A stretch of DNA of 64,000 nucleotides, taken from positions 160,001 through 224,000 of the forward strand of contig CAWBOS010000011.1 of assembly GCA_963790475.1 (NCBI GenBank). Reading direction: 5' to 3'. The notes beneath the pieces were generated by a model. It did no database searches, had not been told where the DNA came from, and worked only from the letters and a program-made list of their open reading frames with translations. Position numbers and translations under genes: made by a program. Source of the stretch: an uncultured delta proteobacterium (lineage in GTDB: Bacteria > Desulfobacterota > RBG-13-43-22). Shown piece after piece: positions 18,956 through 29,664 of the stretch. Each line of letters opens with the position of its first letter. Position 1 is the first letter of the stretch.

Positions 18956-19250
18956 CTTCCTTTCCTTTCCACTGAGAAAGTATGTTAAGGAAATATGCCT
19001 TGCTTTTTTGAACTTAGATATTCCCCGGATCGCTTCCGGGTTTTTTGTGATGAGATGTTATCGGCCACTAAAGTAGAACGCAGGAGGAATGTCAAGGAGG
19101 CAAAGGTATGCAGAACCTTACAACCAAAGTACTAAATCAATGAAATGACCTTGTGTTTATTGAGGGATTGGAAGACAGAAGACAAGTGTCAGGAGAAAAA
19201 ATTCAGAAGATTAGTTCTTTAATATTATAAGGGGCAGATATTAGATTACT

Positions 19251-19430
19251 TCCACCGCAGAGCCGCAAAGGTCGCAGAGAAAGAACATTTTTTTGCTTTC
19301 CATTGAGAGGACGGAAAGCAAAAAGAGCTTTTTTCATTTGCCGCCTCTCACCGGCAAATGAAAATCTTATCTCAGCGTTCTTCGCGTCTCGAACGAGTCT
19401 CTCTTTTATCCGGACGAGTGCGCGGTGAAA
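19251..19430. repeat. ~180 bp palindromic intergenic element; inverted homolog at 24432-24610
   Basis: CACCGCAGAGCCGCAAAG...GCTTTCC-loop-GGAAAGC...GCGGTGAAA; the reverse complement aligns with 24432-24610. Confidence 0.8.
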
Positions 19431-19511
19431 AAATGTTTCTGTGACGTAACCTATTTTATACTCTCGTTAATAATTCTTACAGGGCGGCCTTTCAATCCAG
19501 CCCATGACTTC

Positions 19512-20177
19512 TCACTTGCTGATTCCTGAACTCTTAGCGGATAGAATCTGGTGCCCCCATTCAGGCCGCAATTTATAGGCATAAATGGCCAGTTGCAGGC
19601 GATCCGTCAGACCGGTTTTCTTATAAATTCGGTTGCAATGGGATTTAACCGTCTGTTCGCTAACCTGCAGTTCCTGGGCAATCTCTTTATTTCGGAATCC
19701 GCGGCAGAGAAGGGAAATGACCTTTTCTTCGGCCTTGGTAAAATGAACCATCGGCTCGGACGAAGCGTGTTTATTGGCCAGGAGCGAACTCAAAGTCTTG
19801 CGGTCAAACCAGAGCTCTCCCGAAGAAACGGCTTTAAGGGCCTTTTTGAGGACCGAGATATCCTCTCCGGTGGGAATGATCCCCACCAAACCCTTTTCAA
19901 TCAGGTCGGTCATTTTTCTTGCATCCAGGTCTCCTAAATTTCCAACATCCAGGATCAGTATTTTTAACCCTCGCGCGATTAGAATTTCCCCTTCGTTGTC
20001 CTGAAAAAGGGTGGAGTTAACGATAAGGACCTGGGGATTCATTTTGAGGGCTTCCGTTAAGTCCCTTTTCTCGGTAAAAATCCCGATAACCTTCATTTCC
20101 GGGTCGTCTTCGAGGAATTTTTTCAGGGCCTCGCCCAGGAGGTAGCTGGAACAGCCTATGGCAATTTTTATTGGCAT
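19512..20177 (-). CDS. LuxR/NarL-type response regulator
   Basis: Degenerate REC domain plus HTH GFRNKEIAQELQVSEQTVKSHCNRIYKK. Confidence 0.88.
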   Translation of the reverse strand: MPIKIAIGCSSYLLGEALKKFLEDDPEMKVIGIFTEKRDLTEALKMNPQVLIVNSTLFQDNEGEILIARGLKILILDVGNLGDLDARKMTDLIEKGLVGIIPTGEDISVLKKALKAVSSGELWFDRKTLSSLLANKHASSEPMVHFTKAEEKVISLLCRGFRNKEIAQELQVSEQTVKSHCNRIYKKTGLTDRLQLAIYAYKLRPEWGHQILSAKSSGISK

Positions 20178-20357
20178 GATGTCAGGATAGTACGAAAATA
20201 GAAAACAGGTTTCAAGGGTTCGAGGGTTCGAGGATTCTAGGGTTTTATATTCCAAGCCTTTTTCTCGAAACCTGGACCCCTTGATTCCTTAACCCTTAGA
20301 ACAATTTTCATGCCTCGTGGAGCCTCAACGAGGCATGACGGTTTTGTTTAATGTCGG

Positions 20358-21092
20358 CTAAAGCCTTTTATAAATGAACTTCGGGATGTAATACTGCCGT
20401 TTATTGAAAACCACCCCGATGATCTTCCCCCCATTCTTGATGATCTCTTCTTTGACCTTTAAGGCCACCGGCCAGCGGGTGGTTTCGGCCTCCATGACCA
20501 GGACCACCCCGTCCACCTTTCGGCAAACGGTCAGGGTGTCCTGGGATTCGGTAACTGGGGGTGAATCGATCAGGACGTATTCGAAGAGGCCCTTCAATTG
20601 GTCCATTAGACCGTAGATTTCCGGGGAATCGAAGATCTTCGTCGTCGCCCCGTTATTCCCGGCTATCAGGCTCAGGGCCGGCCGCGATTCTCCCTGCCGG
20701 TAGATGGCCTTTTCTACAGCCAAACCGTTCTTCAGGACTTCTTCCAGATAGTGCCGGGGGGTCACGCCCAGGAACAGATGCTGGGTGGGATGGGATTGGT
20801 CGGCGTCGAGAACCAGCACCGATTTCCCAAACTTTTCGGTAACGACCCGGGAAAACTCCTTGACGATCGTTGAGGTCCCCTCGCCCCGGCAGGAGGCCGC
20901 AAACTGCAGCACCTTATGGCCCCGGTCCGGCAGGGTGTTCTCCAAACCCTGATAGAGGCTGATCATGGACTCCTCGAGGTCGGAACCCGGACCTTGTTTC
21001 GGGTTCGTTTCGTTCCTTATTTCCGGCAGCCGGGTAAATATCCGGGCTTCTTCCCGGGGCTGCTGTTTGAGGGCTTCAAAAATTTTGGTCAT
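20358..21092 (-). CDS. CpsD/CapB family tyrosine-kinase-like protein
   Basis: GEGTST (degenerate Walker A), LVLDAD, VLIDSPP and terminal YYIPKFIY. Confidence 0.85.
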   Translation of the reverse strand: MTKIFEALKQQPREEARIFTRLPEIRNETNPKQGPGSDLEESMISLYQGLENTLPDRGHKVLQFAASCRGEGTSTIVKEFSRVVTEKFGKSVLVLDADQSHPTQHLFLGVTPRHYLEEVLKNGLAVEKAIYRQGESRPALSLIAGNNGATTKIFDSPEIYGLMDQLKGLFEYVLIDSPPVTESQDTLTVCRKVDGVVLVMEAETTRWPVALKVKEEIIKNGGKIIGVVFNKRQYYIPKFIYKRL

Positions 21093-21319
21093 GGGAACTC
21101 CTTAAATAGGGGTCTTCTCCCAGTTAATTTCCTTTTAAATAAACCCCCGGATTTGCCAGGGGATACCCAAAGTTTGACAATTCCGGGAGCAGGATTGGAC
21201 AATATTCAATAAAGGAGTATTCATTATTTTTCCAATACCCCGTCAGAGATATTTTTCAAAAATGAATTAACCTCTGGATTGTCATTCCGGCGAAAGCCGG
21301 AATCCGATATGGCTGACAG

Positions 21320-21620
21320 TTGTCAAGAGGAAAAGATTTTTCCTGGCCCTAGTAGAGGGTTAGACTGTCAGTTTAATCCAGGGCACAAGCAGAGACGGGA
21401 CCGATTTAGCGACGTTTGATCATTCTGATATTCGCGTATTTTGAACGCCTGACTTGACTTCGTCACAGGAGCTGCCTCGCTCTAGGATCGGAAATTCGGA
21501 TGACCTTATTCCTTGGATTCCTCGAGGATTCTCCCAACGGGGTCGCGTCTCTGCTGGTCCCCTGGATAGGATATAATGGGTGGTCTCTATACTCCTTTAA
21601 GAAGGTTTGTTTTTTGACCT
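21320..21620 (-). ncRNA. Putative bridge/seek RNA region
   Basis: ~300 bp non-coding region downstream of the transposase, with 8-nt matches to the target site (21514-21521) and the circle junction (21424-21431). Confidence 0.6.
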
Positions 21621-21623
21621 AGG

Positions 21624-22736
21624 CTACACGTTTCGCAACTGAACTTCCCTGGCAATCGCCCATATGAAGCCGGAGAGCTCGCGGGCGATGGCGGTTACCA
21701 CTTTGGTTTTCATTTTTCCTTGGGCCATAAGCCTACGGAACCGGCCGCAGAGTCTAACCTGGGCCTTCCAGGCGATCTCCCGGATGGGCTGCGGCAGTCC
21801 CTGTTGTCGTTTGAGCAGAAACCTGCTTATCCGGGCCGGATAGCTATAAGCATGCGCCGCTTCAACGAGAACGCGCCTTACGTGGCCATTGCCGGTTTTG
21901 GTGATGCTGCCCCGTTTGACGGACTGGCCGCTGGAGTGTTCCGAGGGAACCAGACCCAGATAGGCCATGAACTGCCGGGGGTTCTCAAAACGAGTGATAT
22001 CGCCGATCTCAGAGACGGTGGTTATAGCCACAGTAGGAGCCACCCCTCTGAGGGCCTGGAGGGCTTCAACCACTGGGGCCAGGCTCCATTGGGGCAACAG
22101 CTTCAGACTCTGGTCAACTAAACGACCGACTCGCAGGGTGCCCTCGTTTACCGTGTGGATATATTCCTGAAGGGTAATCTGCTGGGCGGGGTGGGGCATG
22201 GTGACGTCCGATAGCCAACGCCTATGAGCAGGCGTCCAGGATGTTTTACCGGGGTACCTATGGCCATACCGAAGCAGAAAAGCCCCTAAGTGTTGACGAG
22301 CAGTGCGCAAGGCCTTGACCGCATCTTCCCGGGCGCGGGTCAAATCTCTCATGGCTTCGTCGTCCGGTCGAGGGACATAGACCGGGGTTAACTCCCCGGC
22401 CCGATAAAGCCGGGCCAGTGTCTGGGCATCGCGATGGTCGTTCTTGACTCGGTCGCCGCTCCGTCTGGGAGTCTTCGAGGGGGCAACGACCACACAAGTA
22501 AACCCCTGCGAGGATAGGTGACGGTAAATCTCATAGCCGCATGGCCCAGCTTCATAGACAAAGTGCAGTTCCCTACTGGTGCTTTTGAGTTTTCTGACTG
22601 CTTTGTCCAATGAGGCCATGTCGCCGTTAATTTTTCCGTAATGCCGAACTTCTTCAGTTCCCGTGGTTTCGGCGATTACAATCTCTATGGAATCTTTGTG
22701 TACATCCATACCGACAACTGTGATAAAATGTTTCAT
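21624..22736 (-). CDS. IS110-family transposase/recombinase
   Basis: VGMDVHK, YEAG, VKNDHRDA and YLGLVPSEHSSG...GSITKTGN motifs. Confidence 0.95.
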   Translation of the reverse strand: MKHFITVVGMDVHKDSIEIVIAETTGTEEVRHYGKINGDMASLDKAVRKLKSTSRELHFVYEAGPCGYEIYRHLSSQGFTCVVVAPSKTPRRSGDRVKNDHRDAQTLARLYRAGELTPVYVPRPDDEAMRDLTRAREDAVKALRTARQHLGAFLLRYGHRYPGKTSWTPAHRRWLSDVTMPHPAQQITLQEYIHTVNEGTLRVGRLVDQSLKLLPQWSLAPVVEALQALRGVAPTVAITTVSEIGDITRFENPRQFMAYLGLVPSEHSSGQSVKRGSITKTGNGHVRRVLVEAAHAYSYPARISRFLLKRQQGLPQPIREIAWKAQVRLCGRFRRLMAQGKMKTKVVTAIARELSGFIWAIAREVQLRNV

Positions 22737-22995
22737 GACCTGCCTCCTTATTCTTGGCTCTGTATTGGGATCACTCCCTAATATAACCCACGACGATAAG
22801 GGGCAGGTCGCTTTTTTAATTGTCAGCCATTATGTCTAGAAACTTTCTATAGCCTTGGAAACCCCTGGACCCCGGCTTTCGCCGGGGAGACGTCTTTAAT
22901 GGGTTTGGGCTTTAGTTTTTGAGCCCCTTCGAGGGGCTAATATTTTCAACCCTCCAGCTCTGCCGGAGGTACGGGGACTAGTTGTAATAAAGGAT

Positions 22996-24341
22996 TCAAG
23001 GATTCAAGGGCCTGTTCTTTCCCCCTTTACCTGATTCCTCATTCAGCTCCGGGAAGACGATCGTCTTACCGGCGACGATCCGGTCGAGGTCCTTCAGTCC
23101 GGGGTTTTTCTCCCGGATCAGGCTGATCAGCCGACTCCGGCCGTATTGCCTTATTTCCTGGGGGCTGTATCTTTTCTCGATAAGAGAGTTCAGGGTATCC
23201 CCCTCTTCTATCTGCTGCGCAACCTCCTTGGCCTCGGTCTCCTCTTCCGAAACTTTTCCCGGCGGGGAAGACGCCTCAGGCCGGGCGCTGGTTTTCGGCT
23301 CCTTTGAGACCGTTGGATTCGTCGGCGGCAAAGTGACCGTGGGGGAAGGGGCCGGGAGGACCGGTGCAGCAGGGATCACGGCCACAACCGATTGCCCGGG
23401 ATGATTGTTTTTTTGCCCGAAGGAAGGCAGGTTCCCACGGAAAAAAAATAGCCCGCCGGCCAACAGAAGAACGGCCAGGGCCAGCCCATAGCCCAGGAGC
23501 GGTGTGCGCGCCGGCTTCTTGAATTCCGGCGCTTCCCTTCCTCTGAAATCCTTTATGATTTCCAAGGCAACTCCGATGTCAACGGGTTTCTTCCGATAGC
23601 CGAATCCGGTAATCAGGGCATTATCAAAAAGGATGTTTAAGATTCGGGGAATTCCCTGGGCCTCCTCGATGATCCGATGCAGGGCTTTCCTGGTGAAAAC
23701 GGACTTTTCACTCCCGCCGGCTTTGGCCAGCCGGTGTTTGATATAGGCCTCGCTTTCTTCAAAACTGAAGGGCCCGATGGCCAGGCGAATGAAGATCCGT
23801 TGCTTGAAGGCCCGCAGTTCGTCCCGGTCCAGGATTTCCGCCAATTCGGGCTGACCGATAAGGATAATCTGGATCAGCTTGTCCTTGACGGTTTCCAGGT
23901 TGGAGAGCATGCGCAGATTTTCCAAAGTCTCCACCGGCATGTTCTGGGCCTCGTCGATAATCAGGGCCACATTGATTCCTTGCTGGTAGGCTTCGATAAG
24001 GGCCAGATGGAGGCCGTTCACCAGTTCGGAGAGGTCATCGCTTTCGACCGCCAAACCCAGTTCCTGGTAGATGATCTTGACCAGCGCCGGGAAGGAAAGG
24101 TTCGAGTTAAAAACATAAACCACCTTAAGGGCCGAATCCCGGGATTCCTCCAGGTAGGAGCGAACCATAGTCGTCTTGCCCACGCCCACTTGACCCGTGA
24201 TGACCACACAGCCCTTCCGCTTTTCGATCCCGTAAATGAGAGAGGCCAGGGCCTGCTGGTTCTCTGCCCCCAGGAAAAAAACTCCGGGTCGGGGGTGAGA
24301 TTGAAGGGTTCTTTATGCAGTCCGTAGAACTGGAGATACAT
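22996..24341 (-). CDS. ExeA/GspA-like AAA ATPase with TM segment and C-terminal LysM-like domain; 1-nt frameshift near 24278
   Basis: MYLQFYGLHKEPFNLTPDPEF, GQVGVGKTT, IIDEAQN, LIGQPEL and GIPRILN motifs. Confidence 0.88.
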
Positions 24342-24431
24342 AGGATCAATCAGCCTATTGGTAATGGGCCATAGTTGCCAGCGATATTTATTACCGAGAG
24401 CATAAAATGGGTTTCATCACAAAAATATTTT

Positions 24432-24610
24432 CTCACCGCCCACTCGTCCCGAGAAAAGCGGGACTCGTTCGAGACGCGAAGAACGCTAAGATAAGGTTTT
24501 TCATTTGCCGGTAAGAAGCAGGCAAATGGAAAAAGCTCTTTTTGCTTTCCGTCCGCTCAACGGAAAGCAAAAAATGTTCTTCTTTGCGTCCTTTGGGACT
24601 TTGCGGTAAA
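24432..24610. repeat. Inverted homolog of the 19251-19430 element
   Basis: Direct sequence comparison. Confidence 0.8.
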
Positions 24611-24632
24611 AGCAATCTATAATCTGCTCCTC

Positions 24633-26105
24633 TTAATAAATCTTTTCCTGTAAAGAAACGGTGGCCAGAACAGGCAAGCCGAGTTTCTCTTCCGCCGTCT
24701 CGGGAGTCGAAATGCCCTGCCCCATATATTCCGATAAGAAGGCGAACCCCAGTCCGGAGACGGCCCCCAGGATGATGCTCAGCAGGATATTCAGGCGCTT
24801 TTTGGGTTTGACGGGTTTGGAAGGGACCACGGCGGCCTGGATGACGCTGATGTTGGCCAGCTTCTGGCGGTTCATCTCGTCGGAAATATGGGCCTCCTCC
24901 TTCTTTTCCTGGTAGGTTTTGTAATTCATTTCGTTGGTGCTGACCTTCCGATTCAGATCCTTAAGCTCATTTCCCCGGAGATCCAGGGTCTTGATCTCAC
25001 TGTCCAGATTACCGATCTGCAACTGGAGCGTGGCGGCCTTGGTCCGCAGGGAGGCTTCTTCGGCCTCGGCGTTCATGGCTTCCTTCTCCGCCTCCTGATA
25101 GACGGGGTTGGAGGTCTGCACCTTGACGCCAATAACGTCTTCCTGCTCTTTCAAGAAATCCTTTATGATCTGGATCTCTTTGCGGGCATTGACCAGCAGC
25201 CGGTTAGTGTCCGGGTATTTCGAGGCCAGCTCCTGCTCGCTCAACTGCAGGGTGAGCAGCTTGGCCCGGGCCTCGACGATGATTTTGTCTTGCTCGGTCT
25301 GGGTATAGCGGCCTTTGTCGGCCAGAAGGGTCTTCATCTGGCCCCGCAGGGAGGCCAGTTTTTTGCCCACCTCATCGATCCGGTTCCGGGTGTTCTTAAA
25401 GGTGGTATCCAGCTCAGTCCGCTGTTTCAGGAGTAGGCTGCGCTGCTCGTCAATAGAGAAAACCCGGTTCTTCTGCTTGAAGTCTTCCAGGCGGTTTTCC
25501 GAGTTTTTAAGTTCCTGGTCATACAGGTTCGTCTGGCTTTCGAGAAAATTCGATTCCGTCCCGCCGTGGACCTGAAGGTGCTTTTCCTTAAAAAAGTCTA
25601 CCAGCACGTTGACGGCCCGGGCGGCTACCTTCGGGTCCTTATGTTGAAAGGAGACGTCGATAACGCTGGACTTCTTGACCCCCTCGACCGTCAGCTTCTT
25701 CTGGAAGGTGATGACCGCGGCCTCCAGGGGCGTCATCCGGGAAGGGGGATTCTTCACCAGGTCGGGGTAGATATTTTCCAGCTTGATGGTTTTGATCACT
25801 TGCTCGATGATGTCCCGGCTGGTGAGGATGTTGATCTCGGAGTTGATGGCCTCTTCCTCGTTGAAGGTGATCATGGGGGCCTTATCCCCCACCTCGGGCC
25901 GATAGATGAATTCCCGCCCGAACTTGACCAGCAGGCTGGACTCGGCCTCGTAGGTAGGGGACATGAGAAAGGAGCCGGCGGTGACGGTGATGACCACGGC
26001 CAGGAAGATGGTCAGAATGGCGGCCTTTCGTTTGAAGAGGATGGAGATGAAATCGCGGAGGCTGCTGCCGTTGGGTTCCTGAATTATGCCCTCATCAGAT
26101 AGCAT
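24633..26105 (-). CDS. GumC/Wzc-type polysaccharide co-polymerase
   Basis: Two TM segments, PTYEAES, long coiled coil, ISVIQAAVVPSKPVKPKK. Confidence 0.9.
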   Translation of the reverse strand: MLSDEGIIQEPNGSSLRDFISILFKRKAAILTIFLAVVITVTAGSFLMSPTYEAESSLLVKFGREFIYRPEVGDKAPMITFNEEEAINSEINILTSRDIIEQVIKTIKLENIYPDLVKNPPSRMTPLEAAVITFQKKLTVEGVKKSSVIDVSFQHKDPKVAARAVNVLVDFFKEKHLQVHGGTESNFLESQTNLYDQELKNSENRLEDFKQKNRVFSIDEQRSLLLKQRTELDTTFKNTRNRIDEVGKKLASLRGQMKTLLADKGRYTQTEQDKIIVEARAKLLTLQLSEQELASKYPDTNRLLVNARKEIQIIKDFLKEQEDVIGVKVQTSNPVYQEAEKEAMNAEAEEASLRTKAATLQLQIGNLDSEIKTLDLRGNELKDLNRKVSTNEMNYKTYQEKKEEAHISDEMNRQKLANISVIQAAVVPSKPVKPKKRLNILLSIILGAVSGLGFAFLSEYMGQGISTPETAEEKLGLPVLATVSLQEKIY

Positions 26106-26307
26106 GGATACACCTTATGTTTTCTTGGTTCACAGTAACAACAGAAAGCTCATAGCCCATAGGTCATAGCCCATAAGTCATGAGAAAAAAAGGCGACGCA
26201 TCGACTAAGGATATCCCATTTCAAATTTCAAATTGACGCCGATCGATTCGCCGTCTATGAGATAACTTCCTATGACCTATTTTTCATGCTATGAGCTATC
26301 AGCCAAT

Positions 26308-27006
26308 TTATGGTGCTAAATTATAATAAAACCCGAAGGGGATCGGGATGTTCTTCCGGATGTACTGGTCCACCCAGGTGTTGACGTTGGCGATCGGGGA
26401 CTTGGGGACATACACGATGTCCGACGCTTGCAGGGAGAGATCCTGGGAGAGGTCGCTACCGTCGATCGCCTTTCCCACGTTCACCAGCATTGAGGCCGGC
26501 CGGTTTTCCGGACCCCGGCGGATGATGATGATCTCGTTGGTTCGGGCGGTATCTTTCAATCCCCCGGCCGAGGCGATGGACTGGAGGACCGTCATTTGGC
26601 CGGTCAGGGGGATCAGCCCTGGCTTGGCCACCTCCCCGTCCACATAGACCTTTTGGGCACTGAAGGACCGGACGATGACCGCGATCTCCGGTTGGCTGAT
26701 CTGGGATCCATACCCATTCTGGAGAGAGTTCCGCAGTTGTTCCGGGGTCAGGCCCGAGGCCTGGACCTCGTGGACCAATTGGAGGGAAATCCGGCCGTCC
26801 GGCCGAACAATCACCGACTCGTTCAATTCGGGGTGATAGAAGAACTTGATATCCAGGGCATCGCCGACCTGGATCTGGTAATCCCCGACCGAAGAGGCCG
26901 TCTCTGCCTGGGTATTCAGAGCCCCCGTCGTCCTGACAGCCGCCGAGCAAGAAGTGAACAGCGCACAGATGCCGAGAATCCAAAGGGGGATAAAGATCTT
27001 TTTCAT
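26308..27006 (-). CDS. wza: Polysaccharide export lipoprotein
   Basis: Lipobox FTSC, YQIQVGDAL, VRPDGRISL and SLBB motif. Confidence 0.9.
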   Translation of the reverse strand: MKKIFIPLWILGICALFTSCSAAVRTTGALNTQAETASSVGDYQIQVGDALDIKFFYHPELNESVIVRPDGRISLQLVHEVQASGLTPEQLRNSLQNGYGSQISQPEIAVIVRSFSAQKVYVDGEVAKPGLIPLTGQMTVLQSIASAGGLKDTARTNEIIIIRRGPENRPASMLVNVGKAIDGSDLSQDLSLQASDIVYVPKSPIANVNTWVDQYIRKNIPIPFGFYYNLAP

Positions 27007-27501
27007 GGCTTTTTTCTTTAAATTTGGTTTTTAAATCTGTTTAAGTATCGCAACAGTTTGGGGGAGATATTTTTTATATATCTCCCGGTCAGACCGACTT
27101 TTGTTTAGCAGTGGTGGCAATGGCGATGAATGCTCTTCGCTATCCGACGTAGCGGGGATGGCCTGGCATAAATCATCCGCACACGGTAATGTAATAGGGA
27201 AACGTATTCACAGGCTTTGCCATCTTGGATTTGTCCCAATGAGTCAGAGCCGAATGAAGTCATTTCCTCTTTTTAATCCGCCAACGAATGCCGATTGATA
27301 AGTCGTTATGAGATGGATTAGGCCTGAATTGTCAGGTAACCTTTCCAGTTTTTTTATAAATTTTTATAAAAAAGGTGGGAAAAATGTTGTGGTTGCATTA
27401 ATATCACAAAAATTTATCGAGTTGCAATGCTTGAAAATTACTGGCAGAATACCAGCCCGACACCAGGTATTATGGGAAGGAAAGCAGACAGGTTCTAAGA
27501 T

Positions 27502-28911
27502 TTATCTTCTTACTGTTGAGGTTCTTGCAAATCTCCCAAATTTCGTCACACCGGCGAAAGCCGGTGTCCAGAATGCATTGAAAAGACTGGATTCCGGCTT
27601 TCGCCGGAATGACATCACTGGACTTTTGCAAGAGGCTCTGTTAATACCCATCTTATTTCTGATATTATTACGATGGAATTCTACAGTTCGTCTTGAAATA
27701 TTGATAAGTTGCGCTATCTCTTTAGAATTCTTTCCTTCCCTGATCAAGGTTGCTACAGCCACCTCACTCGGAGTAAAATTCATATGGTTAAACTTTATAG
27801 TTTGTACAAAAGGGGAGGTGATATCTTTTAAATGGGATTTTATGAGGTTAAGATATATATTTTGAACTTCATCCAGGGTTGTAGCTTTCAGTTTCTCGAC
27901 GTAAGGATTTACCATCTCCCGGATATTAGCGGTTATTTCATCCTCAAAGTCTTTCTTGGCCTTTTCTCTCTGTCTGATCAAAACATTCAGCGCCGCATTG
28001 GTTTCTTCGAGATGAACTGTTCTAACCTTTAACTCCTCCTCTCGTTTTCTCAACAAGGCTTCGGCCTCTTTTCGTGTTGTGATGTCACGGGCTATACCCA
28101 GAATCGCATAGGGTTTTTGATCCCTGTAGATAAGGGATACTTTGGTTTCTACATAGACCTGTTTGCTGTCTTTGCATCTTAATTGATATTCCATCAACGC
28201 TCTTTGATAACCTGCCTGTTTAATCTCTTCTACGGATTTCAGGGCTTTGGTGAGCTGGTTTTTGTCGAGGAGAGATGCAAAACTCAATGAAGATATCTCT
28301 TCCCTTTTGTATCCCAGGAGGTCAAGGGCAGCAGGATTGGCGTCTAGGAAATGACCTTCAAAATCGTGGACATATACACAGTCAAAAGAGCGGTTGAACA
28401 GGGCATTGAAGCGTTCTTCTTTCTCCTTGGACTCCTTATCCGCCCGCTTGCGTTCTGTAAGATCTATCCCATAGACAAGATAGGTCGTTCCGAAAGAAAC
28501 CGTCCGGAATTCAATGTCTTTCCGAGAGCCATCTTTGCAGGTAACCACCGTTTCCACCGGCCCAAATACAAATTGAGTGGTCGATCTCTCCAGATACTTT
28601 CTATTCTCCTTCGCCATAACCTCTTTACGATAAGCAGGATCAGGATAAGCCCGTAACCACCAGTGGTCAATATCCGGAATATCATCAACCGAATACCCAA
28701 ACAACCTGGGAAAAATAGGATTTAAAAATTTGGTTTGTGAAGGGGAGCCTTCCAGCAATGCCATGATGAACGGAGATGAGTCCACAAACCTTTTAAAAAG
28801 TTCTTCCGTCTGTTTGGTTTCTTCCAGGGATTTTTCCATTTTTGTAATCTGCCGGCGTGATGCCATAAGTTCATCAATAAGCTCTTCCTTTGTTTTCTCT
28901 TTATCTTTCAT
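27502..28911 (-). CDS. PAS-PAS-LuxR HTH regulator, C-terminus replaced by a MITE
   Basis: Two PAS/PAC domains and GKNSKEIAQLINISRRTVEFHRNNIRNKMGI. Confidence 0.88.
   Translation of the reverse strand: MKDKEKTKEELIDELMASRRQITKMEKSLEETKQTEELFKRFVDSSPFIMALLEGSPSQTKFLNPIFPRLFGYSVDDIPDIDHWWLRAYPDPAYRKEVMAKENRKYLERSTTQFVFGPVETVVTCKDGSRKDIEFRTVSFGTTYLVYGIDLTERKRADKESKEKEERFNALFNRSFDCVYVHDFEGHFLDANPAALDLLGYKREEISSLSFASLLDKNQLTKALKSVEEIKQAGYQRALMEYQLRCKDSKQVYVETKVSLIYRDQKPYAILGIARDITTRKEAEALLRKREEELKVRTVHLEETNAALNVLIRQREKAKKDFEDEITANIREMVNPYVEKLKATTLDEVQNIYLNLIKSHLKDITSPFVQTIKFNHMNFTPSEVAVATLIREGKNSKEIAQLINISRRTVEFHRNNIRNKMGINRASCKSPVMSFRRKPESSLFNAFWTPAFAGVTKFGRFARTSTVRR
27518..27638. mobile_element. 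MITE carrying a CGTC-type REP-like palindrome pair
   Basis: TIR GAGNNTCTTGCAAA and TGTT duplication; excision restores an open reading frame. Confidence 0.8.
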
Positions 28912-29439
28912 GGAAAAATCCTCCTCGTATAAATAAAACAAATGAGGGCAAGCCTACTCTCCAGCTTTTTTTATCATTTATTCAATGGAACAATCTGGTT
29001 AAAACAAAAAAAGGCTGAATACTTATTTGTTCGAAATGGGATTATCTGTTCAGCTATCACTTCAACCGGCAATCAGGCCCGGAAACCTAATTCAGCAAAC
29101 AAAGAAATGCTAACTTCACAAATCACTGGCGGCTGGTACTCTGAAGGACGTTTGTCGCTTTTCGTTCGTCGTTGGGCGATAAAAAAAGCCTAAACCTCAA
29201 AGTTAAGAAACTCAAGGTAAAAGATAATATTATGTAAATAAAGGGGAAAAGGGGGGAAGTCAACAGATTTTTTGTCTAAGGACAAAAAATCAGCTCATAG
29301 CTGAGAGCCTATAGCTCATAGGAGGGAGAAAAAAGACGCGATGCAAGAGGGGGGAGGGGTGAGGCCAGTAAAAATTCAGAGTTCGAATTTGCCTATGCCT
29401 CAGTTTAGAACCAGAGGATCCCTCCTCGCCTCACTTCTT

Positions 29440-29664
29440 TTAATAATAGGGCCTTTGCGCGGGTTGGATGGAAACTTGAGAGGCGGACAGGAAGCCATGT
29501 AATCCTGTCAAAAGAAGGATTATCCCGGTATATTGTCAATCCCCGTTCATAAGGGTGAACCGATCAAACAAGGATTATTGAGAAAGCAGATTGAATTGGC
29601 CGGGATGACGGTAGATGAATTCCTAAATCTCTACAAAGAAAATCATTTCAAATTCCTCCCTTAA
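29440..29664 (+). pseudogene. HicA-family toxin remnant
   Basis: RAFARVGWKLERRTGSHVILSKEG / YPGILSIPVHKGEPIKQGLLRKQIELAGMTVDEFL, with a frameshift and no clean start. Confidence 0.7.

Larger units (their letters stand above)
21306..22837 (-). mobile_element. IS110-family (IS1111 type) insertion sequence
   Basis: Subterminal IRs ATGGCTGACA(G/A)TT lie 7 bp from one end and 3 bp from the other. No target duplication; removal restores a REP-like palindrome. Confidence 0.88.

Noticed and set aside
27010-27330. Riboswitch or ops/JUMPstart element in the wza leader
   Set aside because: The leader is long and contains a hairpin (GGGAGATAT...ATATCTCCC), but I could not match a known consensus by eye.
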